Assembly (NCBI GenBank): GCA_023515725.1
Contig: JALDTO010000266.1
Location: forward strand, 1,027,759 to 1,091,758
Source of the DNA: Amoeboaphelidium protococcarum X5
Taxonomy: Eukaryota > Fungi > Aphelidiomycota
Direction of reading: 5' to 3'
Length of the DNA: 64,000 bases
The notes under the pieces: model-generated
Seen by the model: the letters and a program-made list of their open reading frames with translations, nothing else
The model's database searches: none
What the model was told of the DNA's origin: nothing
Translations under genes and position numbers: made by a program
Shown: one piece after another, positions 1 through 12,726 of the stretch
Position numbering within the stretch: position 1 is the first letter of the stretch
How the letters are laid out: each line of letters opens with the position of its first letter

Positions 1-61
1 ATACTTTTTGGTCCACGTTTAGATCTGCAGAAGATTTCCTTGCTAAGAAAGTTTGCTCCAT
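1..61 (-). CDS. Possible 5' end of a gene running off the left edge (MEQTFLARKSSADLNVDQKV...)
   Basis: ATG at 61 on the minus strand, open to the window edge and divergent from UGO1; too short to identify. Confidence 0.25.
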   Translation of the reverse strand, partial: MEQTFLARKSSADLNVDQKV

Positions 62-206
62 TGTGAAGTTAAAAGAAGAATCTGCGTTGTATATTTCTGT
101 CGAGTCTCTCCGTCGCTGGTAAAGAATATCGCAGCTCTGAGCATTCTAGTTAGATTTATTAAACACAATTTAAAGCTCTAAAGCCATTATTATCATCTTT
201 TTAAAT

Positions 207-1568
207 ATGGAAAAATTCAATTTGAGTGAGGAAGATTTGGCAGAGTTTAAGACGGAATCTGTGATTGACGCCAAGTCCAGGATGTTGTCCATTGTGATTA
301 CTAGTGTTGTGGCTAATCTAGTATAGTATCCTTTCATGTTGGCTCAAACTCTTAACCAAGTTTAATCCCTACCTAGAAATGTTCCTATTGATCAGGATTA
401 CGAAGAGCTTGAAATCGCTGCTACTGAGGATGATGATGAAGATTACGAGTATGACAGTGATGGCGGTTCTCCAGTGAAGCGATATCATGGATCACCTACA
501 AAACTATAGACAGATTAGAATGGTTATATACTAGCTGGTAAGCCAGTGTATCAATTGCCTAACCTTCGCGGTAGCTAGTACTCTACATTGCGTACTCTGA
601 TCAAGTACCGCACAGAGGGATTCCTATCGATATATCGAGGCGCGTCACTCTAATGCGTAAAAGATATCGCAGAAGCAACTGTGTAGCCAGTGATTGAAGA
701 TTTTCTGAATGAACAGTTTGGATGCTATGATTTGAGGGTCATTCCACTTGTAGATCTTCCTGAAGTGGTTCCCAATTTATGCACTGTTGTCGCGTCCCAT
801 CTAGTCACTGATATTCTGACCGCACCTCTTGAAATTGCACGCGTTCGCATTGCTGTTCAGTCCGGAGATCCTTTGCGAAAATGCTTTAGGAATCCGCTGA
901 GTGCTTTATGTGGCGGCGAGATTAGTATAAGTGCTCTGCTGAATTCCTTTTTCCATTGGCCATCTGTTAAATTGACCGTGTTGAAGAGTATCGTCTCTAG
1001 TCTGATGGAAGCCTCACATTCTTACGTACTCTCTCGTATTCTCCATCTACCGCGTCCTTCTGATATTGGGGTGGTAGAATCTTCAAAGGGTGATCTCTTT
1101 AAATGGTTTTTGGCCTCAGTTGGATTTCTTACTGTTCAGGCCATGATAGTGATGCCCGTCTAGACTTTGCAGAGGCGGAGGATGTTATATCAGTAAACTC
1201 ATGTCGGCGTCAAGACGGATCTAATTCAAGTAGTCAAGTATCCGTGTATTTCCGTTCCGGAGAAGGTGAATTAGTCAGCGCTACGGTAAGCTGCCACGAT
1301 AATTGGTTCTGAAGCCATCGGAACTGTCTCTAAATAAAGACGGCGTTCTTCGTCATCGTAATATCGATCATCAGAGTCTATACGGCGGCGACGCATCGAA
1401 AGAAACGGTCTTCTATGGGGATCTCTAGGTGGACTGGCTCAGCTATACCGCGGCTTCTGGTATCAACTTGCCGCCAATATTCTGTACAGCGCTGTGTCTA
1501 CCCTCACCGGGTTGGAAGTACTTGAGCAGTAGAATGACTTTACAATCTACATGTAGCAGAGTGCATGA
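207..1568 (+). CDS. UGO1: Ugo1/SLC25A46-like mitochondrial outer-membrane fusion protein (carrier-derived), 453 aa
   Basis: One frame from ATG 207 to TGA with TAR=Q. Degenerate carrier motifs YPFMLAQTLNQV, EGFLSIYRG, APLEIARVRIAVQ, MPVQTLQRR and GLAQLYRGF, plus an acidic loop and TDQNGYI. Confidence 0.75.
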
Positions 1569-1849
1569 TGAATATTGTGGTGACTCTTTATAAAAACATC
1601 AAAATGATATTTCTCTTATAGGAAGTGAATCTTGTTTCAGATTTTTTTCAAAATTTCCCGTTTCAGTTTGTGGATGGTTTGGTTACAGGAGGCGCCCTTC
1701 CGTTAACGTGACATGATGGTGAAGAGGCTTGCCGTACGGGTGGGTATAAAAGATGAAATATCATATCTCACGATCTCTTCTTTACTTTGATACTCATCTG
1801 CTTTATCTAATCCTAATAATAACTGATATCGATACTCCTTTCTACTAGA

Positions 1850-2764
1850 ATGATGAGCTTACTTCAAATTGCTGTTGTGTCAAGTCTGATACTCTCAGTC
1901 GTCCCTCTTGCTCTGGATCCATGGATGATATTTCAACAGCCGGATGTTGAGACCGTTTGGACTGCTGGCAAGTAATAATATGTCAACTTCACTCTGGTCG
2001 ACGCTCCATCTGTTGATACCAAGTACCGAGTCACGGTGTACAATGATGGCTCTGGGTTTCTGCGTATTTTGCCTGATCGTATCGTTGGTAAGCCTATCGA
2101 AGTGACAGCCAAGGCTGGTATAACCAAGATCTCCGTGCCCATCACGCTGGATATGCTCGATGTCAGACAGAACGATGAATTATACTATGTGGCCGTGGTT
2201 AATGTTGAAACAAGGCAGATGCTACGCTCTGATCTCTTTAGAATTGTATCATTTGCTTCGGGATAGCGACGTTACGAGTACAGAGGTAACAATTATGTCA
2301 AGATGCTGTATAGTCCTCGCGAATTTTCCTCTGTAAAAGCTGGCCAGAATCTGACAATTGCCTTCAGCACTGATGATGAGTTGTCTCAAAATAAGACTCT
2401 CCGGGTGGATCTGTGTAAGAGATCGATGCGTATCAACAAGGATGACGTGAAAAAAGTCGCTAATGGCACAATCGCTACACTGTATGGACCTCTGAAGCCT
2501 TTTGTTGAAATTGTATGGACATTGCCGGAACGTCTAGAAGCTAATGTTAACTACGCGATATGTTTCTACGCCGAGCGCAAGATTATTGGCATCTTTAACA
2601 AGCCGAAGTTGATCTACCAGAGCGGAATGTTCAACATTGAGATGAAGGGCCCAGTATAGGTGCAATACAAGCCGAACGAGACTGAGCCGATTGGTTTAAA
2701 TGCTCAAGGTGAATTTATCGAGAATATGATCCCAAAGTTTACTGCTGGAGCTCAAGCAAGCTGA
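1850..2764 (+). CDS. Secreted protein with two tandem beta-sandwich-like repeats (Kre9/Knh1 N-terminal-like), 304 aa
   Basis: Signal-peptide-like N-terminus MMSLLQIAVVSSLILSVVPLA. Joins track ORFs 2036 and 2303 through TAR. Repeat units P...WTAGKQQYVNF...SDLFRI and P...VKAGQNLTIAF...SGMFNI. Confidence 0.6.
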
Positions 2765-2843
2765 TCACATTGTTGATAAAGTCACATTTTGTAATCTGAA
2801 TTATAAAATTTTGAAACTTTATACTAAGTGAGCATCTATTACT

Positions 2844-3608
2844 TCATGATTTAGTCTACTTCTAATTAAAAGTAAAATGCATCTGATCACCATCGGAATC
2901 GCCAGTAGATGATTACTGGTTTATAAAATCTGCAATTGACCACTTTTTGGTATCTTCAGTCGAGCCATTCACTTTGTTATTTCTAATCAGATATGTTGTA
3001 TGTGCCGCTAGTACGTGCAAATTAGTCATTTAATTCTCCTTACCCAAGATAGCATAATTTAAAAGAGATGCTACAAGTTCTCGGTGATTCTGATGAAGAA
3101 GATAACCCACAGGACTGTCCAATGGATTTTGGTATGCCAACAGTGCAACTACAGACTTGAGCTGCTCTTTAAATTATTAGCAAGCATTGCCAAACAGTAC
3201 AAGAACTTCTCTAGCAAATCTGAGTGCTTCATTTTCTTACTTTTAGCGTACCATTTCTATAAACTTTAGGCAATATAGATTGAATGTAACATCAAGCTTT
3301 TTCTGACTGTCTACGGATGACTTTTCCATTTATTTCACTTGATTTATGCTCAGGACTATCTCAGGATACTATTATGATGCTTATTGTATAGCCTAATCAA
3401 TCTATCCATTCTCAATCAAGGACTTGAACTACTTCCTGACATCTAATGTTGAAATCAAGATATTACTCTACCTACTCTGCAATCCATCAACATCCATACT
3501 AGAATCTTCAACATCATTTACACTGTGAAAGGTTAGAGAGTAACCATTCTCCAGCAAATAATTCTTCACCAAATCGATTGCTTAAACTTCTTCTTACAAC
3601 TCTGTCAT
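2844..3608 (-). CDS. LisH-CTLH-CRA protein (GID/CTLH E3 ligase scaffold, GID8-like or SPRY-less RanBP9/10-like), 254 aa
   Basis: LisH LVKNYLLENGYSLTF; CTLH RKQFKSLIENGQIDQAI and FNLYCLKFIEMVR; CRA LLAYQNPLDSPVGYLL...RELVASLLNYAIL. Visible only with TAR=Q. Confidence 0.85.
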
Positions 3609-3913
3609 TACTTTTTTAACTTTATGAGATATCTTCTTAATCTACAATATTGGTGGACTCTTAACTTGTAATAAAAGTGGCAAAGAGTAATAACAAACTG
3701 CTTCGTAAGAGTGAGTGTGAGAAGGTTAAAAGCAGAGCGAAGCTAAAAGGGTTTCTGAAGATGAAACGCTTTTGAATATCGGCGCGTAATCAGACCAAAA
3801 ACAAGTGTCAACTAACAAAACTAAACCGAATGAGAGATAGAAATGACTTTATTTATTCATCATGCAATATAAATGGAGAGTTTCTTAGTGATATATATCG
3901 CCTATACACATTA

Positions 3914-4864
3914 TCAGCGAAATTCGTACGATGATATAGACTTCTGTCCGTCCTACAGGTGCAAACTGAGCTTCTAGAATCTCTCACTATTCTGATGGTA
4001 GTAGTAGCCGGTAAATCGTTTCTGCTCAATGTCATACTCCACATAATAAAAGCCAGAGTAAGATGCACCGTCAATATTCTTCACCTTGTGATCTGGGTAC
4101 AAGAATCGCTCCTTCCATCTCATGTACACGTAAGGGGAGGAGGCGAGCTGAGATCTAACGCGTTGATGATTAATTGAGGATGGCTCATTCAAATCAATGC
4201 CCAACTTCTTATACGATTCAAACTGCTCCCAATGAATTTGATCGATCTAGGCATCAGTATCCCATTTACCAGTTAGGAAAGTGCTATTGACATCATCCAC
4301 CATCTCGGCCTCAAAACAAGTGGTAATAGTGGCCTGATTGTTAGTAAGACCACTGATGGTAAGGTAGCCGTAGAGGAGATTCCTGGTGAAATCCTGACTC
4401 AGAAACTAGACACCAACATCATGAACTTGACTATTGGAAGTCTATTATCCTCGATACACAAACGACGGCACTATACCAGCTACAGAACGACCTCGCCCGA
4501 CACGCGCACTAAACGTTTCACCAAAAGATTCCTTCAGAAGATCAACGGGCTGACGAAGCGACGCATTTCTGCTGACGATTGGTCGCGACAACAAACGCTC
4601 TCCACCAGCTATACTTTTGCCGTTGAGGAGTGACATTACATCATTAGCTTTACTAACGCCGCCTTTCATTATGACAGCCATCTCCTACTCATTTCCCTAA
4701 TTCTCTTTTGTTGTGCTATATACACCATCTTAGTCGTGATAATACTTTTAAGGAGTCCTGACATTACTGCCTGTCGGAAGAGGAAAGGCATTCAACTAAT
4801 CTTTCAAAGGACTCTGGATTGGTGAGGCTTCAGATGAACTCAATGACGGATAAGTTGCAGGCAT
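3914..4864 (-). CDS. GID4: GID4/Vid24 Pro/N-degron substrate receptor, 316 aa
   Basis: YRGQQTS, GYLTISGLT, TTCFEAE, FLTGKWD, YMRWKERFL, IDGASYSGFYY, GYYYHQNSERFQKL and C-terminal SSYEFR. Confidence 0.92.
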
Positions 4865-5211
4865 TCTTCTTTACTTTTATAAACAAATATCAAGATTATT
4901 TTAGAAATCACGCACAATATATAATTAACTAAAAGAGATTAAGCTGAATAGTTGAAACAATATTCGATTTGATTCCTTGAACTGAACACGAAAGAGAAAA
5001 TTGATGATTTCTAAAAATGGAATCACAACGTTCGTTCATCCAATACTCAGTCGATACTGATTGGCTGTTTCAGACGCGCTCAAAATCATCTGATCCTTTT
5101 GGATTACTTCGAAACAGCGGTCCAATAACAATTGGTGCTAGTTTTAGTCCATTTTCCCTTGATTGAAGTCTCATTACACCAAGTGAATAATCAATACTTA
5201 TAGCTCTCATC

Positions 5212-5863
5212 ATGGACAATTCTTAGTATCAAGAGCTGAAGGCGCAAATCAGCAAGTTAACGGAATAAAATGTATCTCAGGCTTAGCAAATCACATCTCA
5301 GGCTCAGCAAATGCAAGCTTAGAGTGTACAAATCGAGTATCTAATAGGAGAATTAAAAAATTTTAAAGAAGAGAATAAGTCATTGACATCTAGAGTTTCA
5401 TATATGGAAAAGCAGGTAATATACATTCAATGCCGTGACCTGATTAAAGCAGCGAATGATAAGCTGGATTTGGAATTCAGAGACGAGTACAATCAATGCA
5501 GGGCGCAAAATAGGAGATTGACCTTTGTTCGATTTCTGTAAGGGAAATTGGAATAGGACGATACCCGGCTATCTCCAGCGATAAACAAGCTGAGATAGCT
5601 CAATATCAATCAAGATTGAAGCAAATTCTTTAGCTCATGAGCTAAAACAATATTTGCAGAAACCTCAGCCCGCGCCTGAAGATAGCGACATTATTAAGTC
5701 TCTGATCCAGGCGGCTTCATCTGAGAAGCTTGACGCGTTAGAAAGGGCCGTCGATTATCTTTATGCAGGTGACTGGGTTCCTCTCAAGGATGACTATTCT
5801 CGGCCATAAAGCCGAGCTCCTAGCTTACAAACGTCTCCAGTTTTATCTCGGCGAGCTTCATGA
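5212..5863 (+). pseudogene. Coiled-coil orphan ORF (5212-5619) with an apparent +1 frameshift continuation to 5863
   Basis: Q-rich heptads MDNSQYQELKAQISKLTEQ... end at TGA 5617-5619. The +1 frame is open 5594-5863 and reads IKIEANSLAHELKQYL... Confidence 0.4.
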
Positions 5864-6762
5864 GTGATAATAATAATATAAAATCATACTTCAAATACTT
5901 CACTTACTTTCATTATTATCTGGAAATATTTCACTCGGTTCTTAATAATCTTCTAGCGATGAAAGCAACAGATCAATGACACGGCTGGAGTGATTAATTA
6001 TTTTTATTGTTATTAAGTATTCAAGCCATACTATTACAAGTCTGATTGTTCGTCTGATGGCAGTAACCTGAAAGTCAGCCGCCTTTGCAGTGAGAAAAGT
6101 ACATGATCTTCTTAGTAATAAAGCTAGCACCGTCCACTTACAGTACGTCAACCGGAACCTGGATAGATCACATGTACATTTAATTAGCTTCAAGTGACGC
6201 CTGTTTGTCACGCTTCCAATCCACTTCTTCTATTTTTGAACTTTCGTTGGTTCTTGGGCGTAATGCCAGTTATAATGATTACCATCCCACCTGATTCACA
6301 GATGCCGACTACGGAGATCTGCAGTGACTTTAGCTTCCTTCTATTGCCTGCACTTTAGCTTGACATACACTCTTCATCTCTCTCTCTCTCTCTTACTCAT
6401 AAAACGACTCGAAAACGTGAAAATGCTATAACGTAATGGATAATGGCGATGTAATTGAGGGCTTGTATACTGTCAACTTGCAAATTCAGGTAAAATTGAG
6501 CTGATATATCGCGGCTATTCAAAGATTAAAGAGATTAAAACACACCATTTGTTACTTGTATCAAATATTATTCAAATCCAATGATATGATTCAGAATTTA
6601 AACGAAAGTACCATAAGTCTTTAGACGCTTCCATTGATGCAAAGTCTATTTTTAACCAACAGATGATTGAAAGCAGATGGATAAATTCAATTATTTATTT
6701 CGCAAGTTCATCATAAAGTAGAAAAATCCATTTTAGTCCCTATTTTAATTAATATACTAAAT

Positions 6763-9237
6763 ATGCAGTCAATTCCCAGTAGAATGAGGTCTATGAGAAT
6801 GGCGTTTAGAGGCAAAAAGAAAACTCAAGAGATGGATGATCAGTCGAGTGCAGCTGAAACAACAAAAGAGAAATCTATCGCTGTCAGTGAGCACTCTCTT
6901 AATCGTATCACAATGAATGACATTACTTCGAGAATAAGAAATGGCTTATTCAAGCGATCGGATAAGCATGCGTTCACAGATACCAATATGTCTACTGGAT
7001 ACGGTGCCAAATCATCAGCATCCGATGCTTCCTAAGGATTAGATGGCGCAGAAATTAACTCGGAGCCTTTTGAATCGATGAATGAAATGGCTCATGGTGC
7101 TGGCGATGTTTATGCCACAATTATCAATATATAGAGCTCTGACTTGTCGGCACCGGAAGTAGGGGATGCTGTTGTGAATGACGGCGACAATACTCGAGTT
7201 CAGTAAAGTGATGTATAGCCACTATGCTTGTAAACAGTATACGCTCTTTTGAAATCTACGCCGCGATTAAAGAAGATGATTGAAGATGATCAATACGAAG
7301 ATTTGCTGTGTAGCGTCATTGCGAGTCGCGTCTTGAAGGCTGTCAAGACAAAGCTGAACAATTAATACTAAGCTTAATAATATAGTGGACGCGCTAGTTA
7401 TGATTTAGCAGAGTTGACAAATCTAATCTAGTCTAATTTGGAAACAATTGTGGTCCAAGTTACGAATAATAAGAAGAAAATCATATAAAAATCTACAGTT
7501 GTTGCGGGAAGGCACGTGGCTTACTCTGAAAAGGGTCTTCGAGATAGTAATGAAGATAGACACTTTGCAGCACCTTACTTGAATGAACTTTTGGGCTATG
7601 AGAATCCTGATCACTCATTATCTGCATTTGGGATATTCGATGGTCATGGCGGATCAGATTGTGCCAACTTTATCGCTAATCGTCTCCACATCAACATTGG
7701 ACTCAATAGCAATCTCAATTTGAACATGAGGAAATGCATGACAGAATCTTTCGCCCTTATGAATCAGTAATGGAGCTAATATGCAGACAAGAATAATCTA
7801 AGTAAAACTTGTGGCACAACTGCGATCGTTGCTTTGATATAAAACTACCAGATTTTCATATCCTGGGTTGGAGATTCGTCTGCAATGCTCTTTCTGAAGA
7901 ACGGCATTTGGTTAGACTTTGTAGTGCCTCACAAGCCGTATTTTGATCAGGAAAAGCTGAGAATTGAAGCACTAGGAGGTTTTGTAAATCATGATAGAGT
8001 CAATGGAGCACTGGCCGTCAGTCGAGCATTTGGCGACTTGAAATACGGCTGTGTCAGGCCCGATCCTGACGTGATTGAGTACAAGCTGTAAGGTAATGAA
8101 GATTTTCTCTTACTCGCCTGCGATGGTCTAACAGATGTAATGACGCCTATGGATATTCTTGATGTTGTCAAAAAGACATTGTCTGGTGATGTGCGTAGAG
8201 AGCATTTGATTTGTGAAAAATTGGTCGATGCTGCTTTAAATAAAGGCTCAACTGACAATGTGAGTGTTATCTACATACCTTTACGTGATTTGAAAATGCC
8301 ACAAGATGGCGTTAAGTCAATCGCTTAACTAGGAGACTATATCATGCCTGCTGAAATCCTGAACTATTATCAGTATTAATAGCAGCAGCAGTAACAGTAA
8401 CAGTAACAAAATTAGCCTTATAATACTCAAATGTCTGTCAACGTTGCGCAAGCTTCTGAATCAGGCGCTAATCATTAATTCCAAGAAAAGGTGCCATAGT
8501 AAGATGTACAAGCATCAGTTCTAAATCAGCCTTACGCGTCACAGAAGTAGGTACAAGTTTTCAAGGACACTCAGTAGGAGATAATTGTAGACAGTGAAGA
8601 TGATGAGGAGAGATAAAGTTCAAACAGTCCCCTGCCATAGTAGAGTAGTGAGTACTACGATGAGACATCGACAATGCAAGACCTTGAGTAGGTACAGAAT
8701 TTGGATGAATTTAAAACTGAAATATCTGATGAGACACCCACATACATATCAGTGGCCGCATCCTCCATTGTCATTCCGAGGGAGCCGTCACCATTGAATC
8801 GCTTAAATACCACATCAACAGCATCTGTGGCGAGTAAGATTAGCGTGACTAAGAGAAATTGGGCTGATCCAGATGTGCACGCAGTGTCCGAGTTGTCGGC
8901 CCTGGCATCGCTGGCTCGATAGTTTGCTCCCGCTCCGTCAACTTCGATAAGCACGACTACCGCATCAATGGAGATTATGAATGATCATCAGTTCGCAATG
9001 GCCGATAAGAAGTCTACAACGAGCAATCTTAGTGCAGTAAGAGAGCTACTCCTCAAAGAGAATGATAATGGTCTCGAAGTTCCCGTCACCCCTAGTGTAG
9101 AAGGATATCGTCACGAAAATTTGAGAAATCTACCAACCGTGCTGGAATGTACAACGCGTCAGAGCATCGACTCGGAATACATCATCGACTTTGTGGATAA
9201 CTATATCACATCGCAGTCGTCGCATTCTTAAGAATGA
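6763..9237 (+). CDS. PP2C/PPM Ser/Thr phosphatase (PPM1E/F-like core) with long disordered flanks, 824 aa
   Basis: Six track ORFs share one frame joined by TAR. Motifs NEDRH, FDGHGG, GTTA, WVGDS, HKP...EKLRIEALGG, RVNGALAVSRAFGD, LLACDGL and GSTDNVSV. Confidence 0.93.
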
Positions 9238-9404
9238 CCAGATTTTTTATAATCAATTGTTGTAATAGAAAATGCAGATTTAGTAATCTTAGTTAATGAT
9301 CGTTGACTTTTGACTTACGACTGGAATGGTTTTAATTGATCAACTCTCTCTTTCTCTCCATTCCTCTTCTGCTTCAACGCCATCTACTCGACTTGTAACA
9401 GCCC

Positions 9405-11016
9405 ATGAAAATGCTTCGCTGTGTCTTGAGATATTTATTTCTGGTTATTTGTCTTTAAATAGCTAGAGCAAACGATAATTATGGGTCAGCGCAATTGGAA
9501 TAGACTGTTCTCTATGGCCCATCTAAGTCCTCTGTGACTGGCATTGCGGATTGGATATAGTCGCTGGTTAAAACAATGGTGAATTATTACGATTAGCGGG
9601 CCATTAATCACACTGAAAGGGAAATTAAGGATAATGCATATAAAGCTTATTTACTCAAATAAAGTTATGGCGGCCAGTAGAGCTATATTTAACGCTATGG
9701 GTAAATACCGACAGAGTAATTGTAATAACGTGAAGTAGAAATTAGTGCGAGCGGTGATCAGGATAGATCAGCATCAAGACGCGGCGAAGATGTTCAGTTA
9801 TTTAAACGTCAAAGTTCTGGTAATCCATTGTATACAGGAACTGGTGATAGGAATTGCTCAAATGTTGGTACTCAGACCACAGTTCAGGAGCGATAGTATA
9901 ATTGTACTGGCGGTGAACTGGTTTCTGAGTCAGATATGGAGACGGATACGGCCAGCAGGATATCTTGCCAATATTGTAATTAACCAGCTCCAAGTGCACC
10001 GGCAATTCCACCATACAATGCTACTCTAGCGATGAATGCTAATTGTACTTAATCTTGTTGTGTTTCGTTGAATAGTGTAAGCATTTGATTTAATCACTGA
10101 TGTCCTTACTTTAATGCGTGAATGCGAGTGATGTAGACTGTTGCAAAATAAGGGTGTGACTGCCCTGTAGATAGAATGGGATCTCAGTGTTCATAAATAA
10201 GGCCATTCAATTGTGACATTAGGATGTTATCTCCTTAACTTCCCTGCTCTGCTTTAAATGCCCCATTAGAACTTAGAAAGTCTTTATATGTGAATGAGAG
10301 CTGTGTGAAGTATAGTCTGACCGAGTCTAATATAACACTATCCTATCAAGTCTAATGCAAATAGGTGAAACCGTTAAACTAATCTGCATCCTCTGTAAAT
10401 TATCAGTACTGGGTCAGGAATGGAAATGAGGTAATTTATCATTTACAACATATAAAAACACGTTAATATCTATAATTGATGGTTGCACTTATTGTAGTTT
10501 GCGCTTAGTATAGATCCATAAATGTTCTTGACTCTGAAGGTTTTTAATTTTTATCAGTTGACTGATAATAGAGCGGTACAGCGGGTAAAGTTAAGAGCCG
10601 CCGATCTGGTTGCTAATTCAACATCAATTCTGAAGTTCAGTGTGAATGTCTCTGCTTTAAATGCTCTCAAAGATGCGCATAAATAGATTGATTATTTGAC
10701 TGGCGGTAGATTGTACCTGGAGGTATCTATCGCCTCTGTCTTGATATCTGATAGCGATCTTGTCAACAGGCCGGTTGCGAACACTTTTCTGGATTTCTAT
10801 GATCTTCCGCCGTTTGGAAGCGGCGCTGAGGGTTTATCAAAAGAAGGTCTCTCTGGCATAGTGGTTGCAGTTATAGTGTAAGTTTTTTCACTTTTAATCA
10901 CGATTGATATTAGAGATAATTTATTAACGGTGTGTAGATTTGTCATAGCGGTGTTGGTGGGCGTATTTTTCTATGTGCGGCATCGTAGAAATACAGCCGC
11001 CAAGAAGATTGATTGA
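9405..11016 (+). CDS. Type I membrane glycoprotein with a Cys-rich EGF-like segment and C-terminal KKxx; introns 10077-10136, 10431-10497, 10878-10937
   Basis: Signal peptide, dibasic LFKR site, CDCPVDRMGSQC, TM GIVVAVIVFVIAVLVGVFFYV, ends AAKKID-TGA. GT...TGTAG introns restore the frame. Confidence 0.7.
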
Positions 11017-11138
11017 GTGATGAGATCATATGATCATGATTGAGTTTGCGATAGTTTTAAAGTGAGTTATTTTTAAATCATTTTTTTGTCATAGTTTTGC
11101 TTTGTCTTTTATCAATAAAATTTACTCCATTGTTGATA

Positions 11139-12584
11139 ATGATACATTTCTGGCTATACTTGGTGTCTTATCATCTGGTGTTTAGTGCGATTTAGGGGGT
11201 TATTGATGATGTCCCAAAGCAACGATCTACACAGGTGAGGTTGAAACACATCTTTAGGCCAAAGACTTTTGAACATACTGGCATCGTTGATCAGAGAGGA
11301 TAGTTGGTGTTTTCTAGACTCAAGCGTCCAGTGTAAGACGTGTAAATATACAAAGCAGATTATGATTAGTTTGAGCTGGTAGCTGATGGTTAGCATGCGC
11401 AGCATGAAGCCCTTAATGAAGCATTTACAATTCAACCAATAACTCAATAGTAATCTACTGTCAAATCATTCAAAAAGAGTCAAAAGTCATCAGGCGCGTT
11501 GAAACAGAAAATCTCGTCTCGTTTGTATCCGGATCCACATGATATCGATATGGTGATAAATCTGGCCAAGATGAGTAACAACGCGTACAATGAGGTGAAT
11601 AGTTCCACCTGGTGGGATATCGATGGTCATAAAGCTAAAGTAAGCTTCGGGCGCGACTCTACAGGCTTGAGAGGATACGTTTACGCGTCTGATGACGAGT
11701 CATTGATCATCATGGCAATCAAAGGGACGAGCACAAAGTTTTTCGGATTTGGTGGAGGGAGGACTGGCATTCGGGATAAGTATCATGATAATCTCATGTT
11801 CTCTTGCTGTTGTGCAGCTGTCGACTGGACATGGACTCCTATCTGTCCGTGCTCTACCATGAACTTGCTATGTGACTCCAAATGCATGCACAACTCTGTG
11901 GATTAACCAGATTCGTATTACAACATGGCGCGTGAAATTTACGATATACTTGTGATTATGTATCCGCAAGCTTCGATTTGGCTGACTGGCCACTCGCTTG
12001 GTGGAGCTGTCGCAGCGGTTACCGCGTAGTCATTAGGAATACCAGCAGTGACATTTGAAGCACCGGGAGACCGGCTTTATGCTGAGAAGTTGGGCATCGT
12101 TCATGATGCCATTTTATAGAATGGTAGGAAATCCCATTAAATAAATGAAAAGAATTCAGTCAAGCTTTAGAGTAAAAGCGGTTAAATTATAGAGACTGAA
12201 GTAGCAATATGGCAATTTGGACTTCCATCTGATCCTCTGTTCACGGGGAAATGTAATGGCGCGTATAGCTTATGTTATGCTAATGGGTATGCTATGGAGA
12301 CAAAATGTCATTTGGGCAATGTGTGTATGATTCAAGACAGCATAGCGAATGGTACGCTTGTAGATTTTTAGCCAATTAGTAAAGATGGTGGTGGTGATAA
12401 CAATGATGATGACGATGGCCACGATGATGGAAGCGATGTGCCAAGTAACCTCAGAACTCATTTGATAAAGTATGTGATTCAAGTGTTGGAGTACGGTAAG
12501 TCTCGCGATAAACAAGTCATTGCAGATTGCCACACGGAGACGCGTCAAAATTGCCGCGATTGTGAAGATTGGATATTTGGATGA
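11139..12584 (+). CDS. ATG15: Atg15 vacuolar lipase
   Basis: GLRGYVY, AIKGTS, DKYHDNLMFSCCCA, WLTGHSLGG (GxSxG), AVTFEAPGD, ETKCHLG and C-terminal CRDCEDW. Confidence 0.92.
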
Positions 12585-12726
12585 GCGTCTACATAGTGTA
12601 TACATACAGTTACTGTAAAAATGATAATTTTCACATTTTGAACTCTGATCTCGCGTCTTTCCTTTACACAAAGAATCAATCGTTAGATTCAATCAATCTT
12701 TTACCAATTTCTAATTACAAAGTAGT

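Noticed and set aside
5940-6400. Short minus-strand ORFs and a (TC)n tract at about 6377-6393
   Set aside because: No ATG-initiated frame longer than about 70 codons with recognisable features; an ordinary microsatellite
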